This document shows, in pieces, positions 52,021 to 61,181 of a stretch of 64,000 nt of DNA. How positions within the stretch are numbered: the first letter of the stretch is position 1; each line of letters begins with the position of its first letter. The stretch covers positions 211,987 through 275,986 of the forward strand of contig CAYZAV010000001.1 of assembly GCA_964475855.1 (NCBI GenBank), in the 5' to 3' direction. This DNA is from an uncultured Candidatus Saccharibacteria bacterium. GTDB taxonomy: Bacteria; Patescibacteriota; Minisyncoccia; Minisyncoccales; Staskawiczbacteraceae. Both the position numbers and the translations under genes were made by a program. A model generated the notes under the pieces. It saw only the letters and a program-made list of their open reading frames with translations, was not told where the DNA came from and made no database searches.

Positions 52021-52539
52021 TTACACTTCTTTATATCTAAAGTAATCAACAATATGGTCATTTACCATCCCCACCGCCTGCATGTGGGCGTAAATAGTGG
52101 TGGCGCCTAAAAATTTAAATCCGCGCTTTTTTAAGTCTTTGGCAAATACTTCACCATCTTTCTGCCCCTTAAATTGCCACATGTATTTAGAAAAAGTGCC
52201 GAATTCTTTTTGTATTTTTATAAATTGCTGCGCGTTATTTATCGTCGCTTCAATTTTCAACCGATTGCGAATAATCGCCGGGTCTTTCAAAAGCCGCGCC
52301 ACATCTTTTCCGGTCATTTTGGCAACCTTTCTCACATCAAACCCCGCAAACAACTTCCGATATCCTTCCCGCTTATGCAAAATAGTTCTCCACGACAAAC
52401 CAGCCTGCGCGCTCTCCAACACCAAAAATTCAAATATCTTTTTATCGTCATACATCGGAACCCCCCACTCCGTATTATGATATTTTATCATCAGCGGGTC
52501 ATCGCCAGCCCAACCGCAGGTTTTTTTATTGTTTTCCAC
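52021..52539 (-). CDS. tag: DNA-3-methyladenine glycosylase I
   Basis: CGWAGDDPLMIKYHNTEWGVP, LVLESAQAGLSWRTIL, GATTIYAHMQAVGMVNDH. GTG start. Confidence 0.88.
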   Translation of the reverse strand: MENNKKTCGWAGDDPLMIKYHNTEWGVPMYDDKKIFEFLVLESAQAGLSWRTILHKREGYRKLFAGFDVRKVAKMTGKDVARLLKDPAIIRNRLKIEATINNAQQFIKIQKEFGTFSKYMWQFKGQKDGEVFAKDLKKRGFKFLGATTIYAHMQAVGMVNDHIVDYFRYKEV

Positions 52540-52551
52540 AAGTAATATATT

Positions 52552-52734
52552 TTACACAGCCGCGTCAAACCTTGCCTTATTCTCAATCATCCATTTTTGC
52601 TGTTCCTCTTTGCTTGAAGTTTTCATTACGTCGGCGTGAGCTTCCATATAATGAGGCATCAGTGCTTTCATCCACACTTCAAACGTTTCCCCTTGCGCTG
52701 TTACCTCACACAAATCACAGGTTAGAGTTTTCAT
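52552..52734 (-). CDS. DUF1059-like small metal-binding protein
   Basis: 60 aa. MKTLTCDLCEVTAQGETFEVWMKALMPHYMEAHADV fits the DUF1059 pattern. Confidence 0.6.
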   Translation of the reverse strand: MKTLTCDLCEVTAQGETFEVWMKALMPHYMEAHADVMKTSSKEEQQKWMIENKARFDAAV

Positions 52735-52949
52735 ATAAATTTTTTTGTTTAATATTATTTTTTCAATTTACCACACAACTCCGAAAGCCCCACATCAGTA
52801 GAGCCCAAAGAAATATCTTTCTCGTTATATGTCGTAGTCCCGTGAACAAAATAAGTAATTTTTATTAGCATAATATTTCTCGAGATAGCAGCTGTCCTAT
52901 TTCTCCGATTCTGTTATAATGTAATAAATTAAAAACGCTCAATACAGGC

Positions 52950-53954
52950 ATGTCAAAACAACTTACCACCTCTGCTATAGACAGGAAAAACATTCTTAAT
53001 AATAGCTTTGCTGTAAAACATATTCAAGAAGACGTAGGAATCCGAGGCTTTTTATTCGAGCAAGAATATATTTTTACCTCTAAACAGGTAGCCACTTTTT
53101 TTGAAGTTGACGAGAAAACAATTGATAGATATCTATCAGAATACAGTGAGGAATTAAGACAGAACGGCTATGAAGTCATATCTGGAAAGAAACTGCAAAA
53201 ACTTAAAGAATTATTTGGTAGGGACATTAATGTCCCTACCAAAACTACTTTCTTAGGAGTCTTTAACTTCAAAGCTTTTTTAAATTTGGCTATGTTGCTA
53301 GTAGAAAGTGAAAAAGCAAGGGTCTTAAGGGGGTTTATACTTGATGTTTTAATTGATGTCGTCAGTGCTAAAACAGGAGGAAATAGTAAATATATTAACC
53401 AGCGCGATGAAACTTATTTGTTAAGTTGGTATGTTGGCGAAAATTATAGAAAATCCTTTACGAATGCACTAAAGAGTTTTGTTGATATGGGTAATTTCAA
53501 ATACGCCATTTATACTGATAAAATATATCAAAGTGTTTTTAAGGAGAAAGCTCGTCAATATCGAGACATATTAAGTTTGAATCAAAAGGAGAATGTGAGA
53601 GATACTATGTATTCTGAGGTACTTACTACTATTTCGATGTATGAGAATGGTCTCGCCCACGAAATGAAAAAGAAATCCGATGAATTAAATAGAAAGTTGA
53701 AACCAGAAGAAGTAGATAAGATATTTACTGATTTTGAAAATAACCCAGCGTGGATCCCTCAAATTGATATGGTAAGAATGAAGATGGCAAGTAGAGACTA
53801 TGGCTTAAGGCTAGTTGAGCACCCTGAACTTAAAGACTATATAAGACCCCTCGATACTATTGAATTTGAGCGGTTCTTAGGACAAAAAAGCAAGGAACTA
53901 TCAAAAAGGATAAAAGAGTATCAAAATGTATTCAAGAGATTAAAAAACAAATAG
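52950..53954 (+). CDS. HTH-containing, distantly RhuM-like protein; candidate partner or antitoxin of the downstream Doc
   Basis: 334-aa ORF ending 3 nt before the doc ATG. IFTSKQVATFFEVDEKTIDRYLSEY is HTH-like, and FNFKAFLNLAMLLVESEKARVLRGFILDVL recalls RhuM-family proteins (weak). Confidence 0.55.
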   Translation: MSKQLTTSAIDRKNILNNSFAVKHIQEDVGIRGFLFEQEYIFTSKQVATFFEVDEKTIDRYLSEYSEELRQNGYEVISGKKLQKLKELFGRDINVPTKTTFLGVFNFKAFLNLAMLLVESEKARVLRGFILDVLIDVVSAKTGGNSKYINQRDETYLLSWYVGENYRKSFTNALKSFVDMGNFKYAIYTDKIYQSVFKEKARQYRDILSLNQKENVRDTMYSEVLTTISMYENGLAHEMKKKSDELNRKLKPEEVDKIFTDFENNPAWIPQIDMVRMKMASRDYGLRLVEHPELKDYIRPLDTIEFERFLGQKSKELSKRIKEYQNVFKRLKNK

Positions 53955-53957
53955 GAT

Positions 53958-54383
53958 ATGGGAATTTTTTATTTCGATATTAAGCACGCAATTATTGAAC
54001 ATGATAAGATTATTGATCTTTCCGGAGGAAGACATGGTTTTCATGATATTAACTTGCTAGAAAGCGTGCTGGCTCACGTTCAAAATGATTTATATTACCC
54101 ATCCATTGCAAATAAACTCACTCATCTTGTATTTTGTATCGCAATGAATCACGCATTTATAGATGGGAACAAAAGATCTTCAATTGCTCTGGGAGCTTAC
54201 TTCTTAGAAATAAACGGTTATAGACTTATTGTGGGAAAATTCATAGCTGAAATGGAAAATATAGTTCTGTGGGTTGCACAAAAAAGAATTCCAAAAGAAC
54301 TACTTTTAGAAATCATAGACAGCTTACTGGAGGGCGCAGAAATTACCGAGGAAATCAAACTCAAGATACTTGATTCTTTTTAA
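53958..54383 (+). CDS. doc: Type II toxin-antitoxin system death-on-curing (Doc/Fic) family toxin
   Basis: Fic motif HAFIDGNKRSSIALGAYFL (HxFxDGNKR) preceded by GGRHGFHDINLLESVLAHV. Confidence 0.88.
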   Translation: MGIFYFDIKHAIIEHDKIIDLSGGRHGFHDINLLESVLAHVQNDLYYPSIANKLTHLVFCIAMNHAFIDGNKRSSIALGAYFLEINGYRLIVGKFIAEMENIVLWVAQKRIPKELLLEIIDSLLEGAEITEEIKLKILDSF

Positions 54384-54444
54384 ATTACAATCTCCACCTC
54401 CACCGGACAATGGTTGCTGCCCATGACGGCTAAGTGGATGTTGG
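54380..54444 (-). pseudogene. Relic of an exodeoxyribonuclease III 3' end (last ~21 codons plus stop)
   Basis: About 52/61 nt identical to 56441-56501. It reads PNIHLAVMGSNHCPVEVEIVI* versus xth AKIHSNVMGSDHCPVEVEIVI*. Confidence 0.7.
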
Positions 54445-54861
54445 GTCAAATTCCACTATCCATTCAATGCCGTATTTGTCTCTGAAACAACCAAAATAGG
54501 TGCCCCAGGGGCCGCCGCCCATTGGGCCTTCTAGTTGTCCTCCCACTGAAAGCCCATTAAATAACTTGTCTGCTTCTTCTTTACTTTCTGCGCTTATTAC
54601 AATTTTACTTCGGTTCTCATGTTCGTTTGTTTTTCCCATAATTTCCGGAACATCATTTCCCATCAGCATATTGCCCTTACCGATAGGCAAAACAATATGC
54701 ATAATTTTTTCTTCTTCCTTTTCTGCAACCTTAAATTCAGCACTTGCAAGGTCTTTGAAACGAATAATCTTCGTAAACTCCCCGCCAAATATTGATTTAT
54801 AAAAATCAAATGCTTCTTGTGCATTTCCATTGAAGTTAATGTGAGGATTGATTATTGCCAT
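54430..54861 (-). CDS. VOC/glyoxalase-fold family protein (PhnB-like)
   Basis: INPHINFNGNAQEAFDFYKSIFGGEF...MH..LPIGKGNMLMGND...WGTYFGCFRDKYGIEW. Confidence 0.75.
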   Translation of the reverse strand: MAIINPHINFNGNAQEAFDFYKSIFGGEFTKIIRFKDLASAEFKVAEKEEEKIMHIVLPIGKGNMLMGNDVPEIMGKTNEHENRSKIVISAESKEEADKLFNGLSVGGQLEGPMGGGPWGTYFGCFRDKYGIEWIVEFDPTST

Positions 54862-55119
54862 GTGTTTTTAGTTATTAATTAATAGTGATATGATTTTACC
54901 TGTATTTTAACACAAAAAGCAACGCTTCAAATATTCCCTTCGAATAAAGCTTCGGCGGAACACAGTAGATTGAAGCGTCCAAAAATAGTGACTGTCCCCA
55001 TTTCTCATTTCTCCCCATTTCTTCTATGTTTAAATGATGAACACGTAAATAAAAATCCCTGCAACGATTACGTCGCAGGGTATTAGAGTTTAGAATAATA
55101 GAGTGTAGATTTTGACCAA

Positions 55120-55629
55120 TTACATACACCCATGATTATCCCCACCACCTTCGCAAAAACATTCAAGCTTTCGAGAGACAGAACCTCTCGAAACCCTGCT
55201 TTTTTTACTTTTTTTGACTGCATTTTTCTCTGGAGGCTGTTCTTCGAAATGTTTTTGGAAAAGATCCAAAGAAAGAGCTTTTTGCGTATTGAATTGCTCT
55301 TGCTTTTCCAAAGATCCATCAGAAGGCGTGTGATGGATGTAGTGTCCAAAGATCAAGTTGCAAGCAGCCTGATATTGTTTAGTGAAGAGAATGTGAGCGT
55401 GCCACACTTCGTCAATGTCAGGCGTGGGTACAATTAACGCATCTTCAAGTAGTCGAAGCTTTAGGAAGCGTCGATACCACAGGATTGCTGATTGAATTCT
55501 TTTTCCTCTCCAATTATGCTTTCCGCCATACTTTTTAGGAGTACGGAGTTGTCGCTCGATCATTGAGAGGTCAAGCCCGTCAATTGCATCAACGGCTCGC
55601 TGTTTGTCTGACGAAAGATTCTCAGCCAT
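55120..55629 (-). CDS. Glycine-rich-domain-containing-protein-like (DUF1399-like) protein
   Basis: PTPDIDEVWHAHILFTKQY motif. ATG at 55629 with a GAAAGGA RBS (the track start at 55677 is possible). Confidence 0.6.
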   Translation of the reverse strand: MAENLSSDKQRAVDAIDGLDLSMIERQLRTPKKYGGKHNWRGKRIQSAILWYRRFLKLRLLEDALIVPTPDIDEVWHAHILFTKQYQAACNLIFGHYIHHTPSDGSLEKQEQFNTQKALSLDLFQKHFEEQPPEKNAVKKSKKSRVSRGSVSRKLECFCEGGGDNHGCM

Positions 55630-55785
55630 GATTGTCCTTTCAAGGTACGAGTAATTAGATTCAACTAAAAACATCATACATTAATTGATGCATGATGTCA
55701 ATTATGCTCCCCAGCTTGAACATAAAAGCGTAACGGAATGGGGGAGGGTGGGGATAGCCACCATTTTCACCGCTGTTAAAATGAC

Positions 55786-55962
55786 CTACTGCAAGAAAAA
55801 ATTAAAAGCATAATAAACCAAAAACGCTGGCCAGACTAGGGCTTTTAAGAATCCCAAAATTCCGGCCCAAAATGTGGTAGCGTGGCTGATAAAATAGATA
55901 GTGGCGCCAATAAGCCCGAAGAAATACACTGCATTCCCGCCCTGATGAACATGTTTTTCCAT
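55786..55962 (-). CDS. Small two-TM membrane protein (58 aa, below the ORF-track cutoff)
   Basis: MEKHVHQGGNAVYFFGLIGATIYFISHATTFWAGILGFLKALVWPAFLVYYAFNFFLQ*. Much more protein-like than the overlapping 61-aa track ORF 55802-55987. Confidence 0.5.
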   Translation of the reverse strand: MEKHVHQGGNAVYFFGLIGATIYFISHATTFWAGILGFLKALVWPAFLVYYAFNFFLQ

Positions 55963-55980
55963 GATGGTTTGTGTTAATGA

Positions 55981-56403
55981 TTACCAAGTTGCAATAATGG
56001 CTCCCATGACGGCCATAGTTACCAGGGAACAGCCGGCTTCAAAGAGCCATAGTTTCCAGCTTCGGCCCATCCAGATAACTTCAATAGATGAAGAGGTCAC
56101 TAAAAACCCGAGCCAAAGCCACCCGCCCATAATAGCTCCGCGAAACCACGTTGCCGGACCCATGAGGGTTGAGGTAAATACCAGCGAAAAAATCATTGCC
56201 ATAACGAATGCGGTGACAAGGTTTACCACAAAATTCCAGAACATTTTTGGATACATGTCAGACATTTTTTCATTTCCGGCTGGGTGAATGTTGGCAAGCT
56301 TCATCCATAATTTTCCTGAAACCGGCCCATGAAACAAAAACCCCAAAACAAACGCCGCAACCGCCGCCACAACCACCGAAACGAAATTTATTGGTAACAT
56401 CAT
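55981..56403 (-). CDS. DUF1761-like membrane protein
   Basis: MMLPINFVSVVVAAVAAFVLGFLFHGPVSGKLWMKL... with four TM helices. Confidence 0.65.
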   Translation of the reverse strand: MMLPINFVSVVVAAVAAFVLGFLFHGPVSGKLWMKLANIHPAGNEKMSDMYPKMFWNFVVNLVTAFVMAMIFSLVFTSTLMGPATWFRGAIMGGWLWLGFLVTSSSIEVIWMGRSWKLWLFEAGCSLVTMAVMGAIIATW

Positions 56404-56436
56404 GTTTTTGATTAATTAATTATTATTTTTATTGCT

Positions 56437-57213
56437 TTATATTACGATCTCCACCTCCACTGGGCAATGGTCGCTGCCCATGACATTTGAGTGGATTTTG
56501 GCGGATTTTATTTTAGATTTCAATGATTTGCTGGTGAAGATGTAGTCAATGCGCCAGCCTACGTTCCGGGCCCTTGAATTGGCAAAGTGGCTCCACCAGG
56601 TGTAGTGGCCGTTTCCCTGGGTAAACATGCGAAAGGTGTCCAGAAACCCCGCTTTGATAATTTGATCAATTCCTTCGCGTTCTTTTGCAGTAAATCCCTT
56701 TTTGTCTTTGTTGCCTTTTGGGTTGGCCAAGTCGTCGGGCGTATGAGCTACGTTTAAATCTCCGCAGAAAATAACGGGTTTGGTTTTCTCTAATTCCTTC
56801 ATGTAAGCCAGGAATGCCGGGTCCCACTGCTTGTGGCGCAGCGGAATCCTGCTTAAATCATCTTTTGAGTTTGGCGTATACACCGAAACTATATAAAATT
56901 TCTTAAACTCGGCAGTAATCACCCGTCCCTCTTTAGCGGGATCTCCGTAACTGTCTTCAAACACGCCCTTCATTCCGTTAATTATAGAAAGTGGCTTTTC
57001 TTTTGAAAAAATTGCTGTGCCGCTATAACCCGGCCGTTCAGCCGAATTCCAATATTCTTTATAGTCAGGCAAATCCACTTCGTGTTGATGTTGGAAGGCC
57101 TTAGTTTCTTGCAAACACAAAACATCGGGCTTATGCTCTTGAATAAATGGCAAAAACAGCCGCTTTCTATGCACAGCCCTTATTCCATTAACATTCCAAG
57201 AGATGATTTTCAT
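56437..57213 (-). CDS. xth: Exodeoxyribonuclease III
   Basis: MKIISWNVNGIRA, CLQETK, GDLNVAHTPDD, SDHCPV. ATG at 57213 (the track start at 57240 is a TTG). Confidence 0.92.
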   Translation of the reverse strand: MKIISWNVNGIRAVHRKRLFLPFIQEHKPDVLCLQETKAFQHQHEVDLPDYKEYWNSAERPGYSGTAIFSKEKPLSIINGMKGVFEDSYGDPAKEGRVITAEFKKFYIVSVYTPNSKDDLSRIPLRHKQWDPAFLAYMKELEKTKPVIFCGDLNVAHTPDDLANPKGNKDKKGFTAKEREGIDQIIKAGFLDTFRMFTQGNGHYTWWSHFANSRARNVGWRIDYIFTSKSLKSKIKSAKIHSNVMGSDHCPVEVEIVI

Positions 57214-57274
57214 GGGATATACGTGCCACACCCATGGCAATTTCGTGTTTGATCACAAGAGTATGCTATATTGG

Positions 57275-57359
57275 CGGAGGAGGTGGGACTCGAACCCACG
57301 AATCCCGTGAGGGATTACGGTTTTCAAGACCGTTGCAATAGCCACTATGCGACTCCTCC
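57275..57359 (-). tRNA. tRNA-Ser(UGA)
   Basis: Reverse complement GGAGGAG...acggt-CTTGAAA-accgt, long variable arm aatccctcacgggatt, gtggg-TTCGAGT-cccac. Confidence 0.9.
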
Positions 57360-57432
57360 GCATATTTTTTATCACAAAATGTAAGAAAAATCAAATTGAC
57401 TTACCGGATTTTTAAGGTAATATGAAAGCACT

Positions 57433-57518
57433 GGAGAGGTCGTATAACGGTTATTACAAGAGTTTGCTAAACTCTGACGGCGCAAGCTGTCTTGTGGGTT
57501 CGAATCCCACCCTCTCCG
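57433..57518 (+). tRNA. tRNA-Ser(GCU)
   Basis: GGAGAGG...agagt-TTGCTAA-actct, long variable arm, gtggg-TTCGAAT-cccac CCTCTCC G. Confidence 0.9.
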
Positions 57519-57587
57519 CCGGTGCCATCTATTTCTGAACTAGGATGTACTATTTTGGCAACATCCCAGCTTTAAGGAGACAGTACT

Positions 57588-57842
57588 ATGTCGAAGAAGA
57601 TTTTTTTGCAATGTCCCAACAAAAGTTGTCGGGAGCGTATGGGAATTTTCGCCAGACATTGCAGCAGTTGTGGCACCAAACTTGTGGTGCCGGAGGAAAT
57701 TGCTGCGCACATTAATCCGCTCGAACAACAGCTTTTTTTCGAGCAAACATGTCAAAACGGTCGTGGCCACGTATTGCAAGCTGACCAGGGCGAAGATGTC
57801 AAATTCTGCGTCACCTGCAGCCAGCCGCTGCGCCAAGAATAG
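57588..57842 (+). CDS. Small double zinc-ribbon protein
   Basis: AAGGAG RBS. CPNKSC...CSSCG and C...C(x2)C pairs. Own terminator. Preferred over the antisense 109-aa ORF. Confidence 0.55.
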   Translation: MSKKIFLQCPNKSCRERMGIFARHCSSCGTKLVVPEEIAAHINPLEQQLFFEQTCQNGRGHVLQADQGEDVKFCVTCSQPLRQE

Positions 57843-57857
57843 CCAAGGCTTTTCAGT

Positions 57858-57886
57858 CTCCCCTTTCATAAGAAAGGGGAGTTTTT
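57858..57886 (+). terminator. Rho-independent terminator
   Basis: ctcccctttc-ataa-gaaaggggag followed by TTTTT. Confidence 0.75.
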
Positions 57887-57898
57887 ATTTGCATAACA

Positions 57899-58627
57899 TT
57901 AACTTTCGCGGGCAATGGCAATGCCCCATACTTGTTTGGCGCCGGCAGCCTTTATTGTTTTGGCACATTCGGCCATAGTGGACCCGGTAGTGTAAACATC
58001 ATCGACTAAGAATACTTTTTTCCCTGCAAATTCGCCAGGGTTTTTTATGGCAAACGCGTTTTTTATATTTTCCTGACGTTCTTTGGCCGTTAGTTTCATC
58101 TGGGGCAGCGTTTTTTTGATTTTTACCAAATTATGGGAAACGACCGGGATATTTATTGCATTGGAAAGTTCGTTTGCCAATTCTTGTGATTGGTTGTATC
58201 CCCGCGCTTTCAGGGCGGATATTTGTGATGGGACATAGGTTAGGACAGATTTTTCCCAAACCATGTCCGTATTGACGCCTGATAGGACAAAGTGTTCAAG
58301 CAAAATATTTGCCAGGCTTTTTGCCAGATTTTTTACATACGGCTCATATTTGAAGTGATAGATAAGTGTGCGGGTTAATGATTTTTCTTTGTAGGGCAGG
58401 GCAAAATATAATCCCGAAAGTGCTTTGTCTTGGCAGCGGGTACATTTGCCGTTGTTTTTCCCTGGCGGGATGCGGATAGCGCCTTTGTCGCACAAACAAT
58501 ACGCATAAGTACAAATATCCAGGGTGGCCTTGCAGTCATCACACAAAAAAGATCCTTCTTTTCGGCAGCCAAAACAAAACGAAGGAAATAGCAGTTCTGT
58601 AAGGAATTTTTTAGCGGTGTTATCCAC
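57899..58627 (-). CDS. comF: ComF family protein (zinc finger plus phosphoribosyltransferase domain)
   Basis: CFGCRKEGSFLCDDC and VFLVDDVYTTGST. GTG start. Confidence 0.8.
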   Translation of the reverse strand: MDNTAKKFLTELLFPSFCFGCRKEGSFLCDDCKATLDICTYAYCLCDKGAIRIPPGKNNGKCTRCQDKALSGLYFALPYKEKSLTRTLIYHFKYEPYVKNLAKSLANILLEHFVLSGVNTDMVWEKSVLTYVPSQISALKARGYNQSQELANELSNAINIPVVSHNLVKIKKTLPQMKLTAKERQENIKNAFAIKNPGEFAGKKVFLVDDVYTTGSTMAECAKTIKAAGAKQVWGIAIARES

Positions 58628-58700
58628 AGTGTAAATGGGTTGTATACATTGTACAATAAACCAATACTAATACCAATATAAAGTTGGCCAATTTTTGTAC

Positions 58701-59765
58701 ATGAGTTTTTTTAACTTGTTTTTCCCTAAAAGAATGGTGGGCGTAGACATCGGAACATCATCAATCAAAGTGGTGGAAATTTCGCGTCTGCGTCAGGGAA
58801 AAACGCTGGAAAATTACGCACAAATAACTTCTGAGAATTTATATAAAGACCCGGTGCAAAGCCAGGAAAAGGGCAATACGCTTTTGGCAAAAGAATTTGT
58901 GGCCAAGGCAATAAAAGAGCTGCTACAAGAGGCGAAAATCCGTACCAAAGCGGCGGTGTTTTCTATCCCGGACTTTTCCACGTTTTGCACGTCATTTGAA
59001 ATTCCGCCCATGCCTGAAAAAGAAATCCCCGGTGCGGTGCGCTATAATGCTTCCCAGTATATTACCCTCCCTATTTCCGAGGTGACGCTGGACTGGAAAA
59101 TCGTTTCCAATTCCAAAGATAAAAATGCCCTGATAAAAGTGTTCTTGGCTGCGGTTCCCAATCAGGTGGTGCAGGAATACCAATGGATTGCCAAAGAGGC
59201 GGGGCTAGATTTATACGCCCTGGAAGCCGAGGCCTTGGGTATTGCTCGAGGAGTGGTCAAGAGCGGTAAAAAGCTGGTATGTTTGCTGGATATTGGCGTA
59301 CAGAGTTCCACCGTCAACCTGGTGGAAAATGGATTTCTGCGACGCAGCTACAGTTTTAATTTCAATAGCAATCAATTAATAAAAGCTCTTATGTTAGCGT
59401 TGCGTCTTGAACCCAAACAAGCTGCCAGAATTGTAAACACCGAGGGGTTGCTTTCCGCCCGGCCGGGGGTTTCCCAAACACTGTATCCTTTGGTTGATCC
59501 ATTGCTTTTGGAAGTAAAAAATATTTGCGCTGAATTTTATCAGCAAGAACAAAAAATGGTGGAAGAAATATATATCACTGGCGGCATGGCCAACTTGCCC
59601 GGGCTGAAAGAATATTTTACTGAAAGTTTGAAAAAAACGGTGTACGTACCGAACTGTTTTTCTGAATTTTTTTACCCACCCATCTTGGAAGGTACGCTTA
59701 GGGAAATGAGTCCCAGTTTTTCGGCTGCGATGGGAGTGGCTATCGGCGGACTTGCCGTCAAATAA
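58701..59765 (+). CDS. pilM: Type IV pilus assembly protein PilM
   Basis: Actin-like ATPase fold pattern (MVGVDIGTSSIKVVE...LDIGVQSSTVNLV...ITGGMANLPGL). ATG at 58701 (TTG at 58695 in the track). Confidence 0.8.
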   Translation: MSFFNLFFPKRMVGVDIGTSSIKVVEISRLRQGKTLENYAQITSENLYKDPVQSQEKGNTLLAKEFVAKAIKELLQEAKIRTKAAVFSIPDFSTFCTSFEIPPMPEKEIPGAVRYNASQYITLPISEVTLDWKIVSNSKDKNALIKVFLAAVPNQVVQEYQWIAKEAGLDLYALEAEALGIARGVVKSGKKLVCLLDIGVQSSTVNLVENGFLRRSYSFNFNSNQLIKALMLALRLEPKQAARIVNTEGLLSARPGVSQTLYPLVDPLLLEVKNICAEFYQQEQKMVEEIYITGGMANLPGLKEYFTESLKKTVYVPNCFSEFFYPPILEGTLREMSPSFSAAMGVAIGGLAVK

Positions 59766-59777
59766 AAAATCAATCTG

Positions 59778-60323
59778 ATGGAATTTCATTTGTATCACGT
59801 AAAAAATCGGGAAACCTGGTGGATTGACGCCGCTTTTTATGTGGCAGCCGCGTTACTGGCAGTAGCCATTTTTTGCTATTGCATATTGGCCATTAAAATA
59901 TATTTCCAGGACCAAAACATTGATGTCATCCGGGAAAGTATTGTCCAGTACGGTACCGCGGAAAATAAACAACAGGAAAAAACAGTATTGGAATACAAGA
60001 AAAAAATTGATGATTTTTCCCTGATTTTTGCCAACCATAAGCTTTCTTCCAGTATCCTTGGGTTCCTTGAAGCTAATACTCTAAGCGATGTCTGGTTTTC
60101 CAATTTTGACATGGCCCAAGACATTGATACCCTACGCCTTTCCGGCGAAGCTAATGATGCCCAAGTGGTAAGCCGACAACTTGCCATCCTTGAAGAAAAG
60201 AAAGATTATGTGCACAAAGTAACGATGCTTAAGGCCCAATCCATTACCGGTAAAGCCGGTAAAGTGGTCTTCTTGGTGGACATTGCCTTAAATCCCAATA
60301 TGTTCAGCTATGGAAATCAATAA
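59778..60323 (+). CDS. PilN-like pilus assembly protein
   Basis: 181 aa with a single N-terminal TM helix. Position immediately after pilM. Confidence 0.5.
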   Translation: MEFHLYHVKNRETWWIDAAFYVAAALLAVAIFCYCILAIKIYFQDQNIDVIRESIVQYGTAENKQQEKTVLEYKKKIDDFSLIFANHKLSSSILGFLEANTLSDVWFSNFDMAQDIDTLRLSGEANDAQVVSRQLAILEEKKDYVHKVTMLKAQSITGKAGKVVFLVDIALNPNMFSYGNQ

Positions 60324-60864
60324 ATCCATCACCACTATCTTGATTCTGGTTATTACCGGTTTATTGGTATTCCTTTTTGTGATGCCAGAATATGAAAAAT
60401 CCCAAAACCGCAAGGATGAATTTATGCAAAAGCAGGCTGAGTATAATGGCAAGGCAGCTTATTACGCCGGTATTTCCAGTTTATATGCGGCTATGCAATC
60501 CCGCCAGGAAGCATTGGCAAAAATTGATAGTGCCGTGCCCGCCGAATTTTCTTTGGCTTCGATAACCTACTTTTTCCATCAAAAAGCAACTGAAACAGGT
60601 TCGGTTATTAAATCGGTCAGTTATAATGATGCGTTGGCTCGCGTTGACGGAAAAGTGCCGGAAAAAAAGTTACGGGCGATTACGTTTTCTGTCAATTTAT
60701 TGGGAAACTACCAAGGGTTGAAAAGTTTCTTGACGGCCCTGGAGAAATCTTCCCGGATATTTGAAGTGACTACTATTTCTTTCACCACACTTAAAGATTT
60801 CGCTTCAAATGCCCCCGCCCAAAGTTACGATTTCAAACTGCAAATTAAGACTTACGCTTATTAA
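60310..60864 (+). CDS. PilO-like pilus assembly protein
   Basis: 184 aa with an N-terminal TM helix and a coiled segment. Overlaps the pilN-like stop. Confidence 0.5.
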   Translation: MEINKSITTILILVITGLLVFLFVMPEYEKSQNRKDEFMQKQAEYNGKAAYYAGISSLYAAMQSRQEALAKIDSAVPAEFSLASITYFFHQKATETGSVIKSVSYNDALARVDGKVPEKKLRAITFSVNLLGNYQGLKSFLTALEKSSRIFEVTTISFTTLKDFASNAPAQSYDFKLQIKTYAY

Positions 60865-61176
60865 ATGGCCATTGTATTTACATCACCACGGAAAAAACAG
60901 CGCATCATCCTTTGGATAGTTGCTGTTTTAGTGCTGGCGGCCATGACAGGTATTTCAGTAGTTATTTTTTTGCCGGAAATCCAAAATAAATTGGGAAACG
61001 TTGTATTGGTGGAGTCAATCGGTCCGCCCATGGTTAATATTAATTTTATGGTGATTGATTCAGAGAAAGTAAAAAATTTAGAATTATTTAGTCCGTTACC
61101 AATAGAGGATGCGCAAATTGGCCGCAATAACCCGTTTTCCGCTTCATTGCCGCTGCCAGGAGCGCCTAAAAAATAA
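60865..61176 (+). CDS. Small membrane-anchored protein in the pilus operon
   Basis: 103 aa. The start abuts the previous stop. One TM helix. Confidence 0.5.
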   Translation: MAIVFTSPRKKQRIILWIVAVLVLAAMTGISVVIFLPEIQNKLGNVVLVESIGPPMVNINFMVIDSEKVKNLELFSPLPIEDAQIGRNNPFSASLPLPGAPKK

Positions 61177-61181
61177 TACCT

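Noticed and set aside
55802-55987. 61-aa track ORF (MVIINTNHHGKTCSS...)
   Set aside because: An overlapping 58-aa ORF in another frame (55786-55962) encodes a clean two-TM protein and is the more credible gene. The 61-aa product is Arg/Ser/Leu-rich and unstructured-looking.
8397-58628. The five DnaA boxes as a chromosomal replication origin
   Set aside because: The boxes are spread over 50 kb rather than clustered. There is no adjacent AT-rich unwinding element with 13-mer-like repeats, and no dnaA or dnaN in the window. A transcription-factor role is more plausible.
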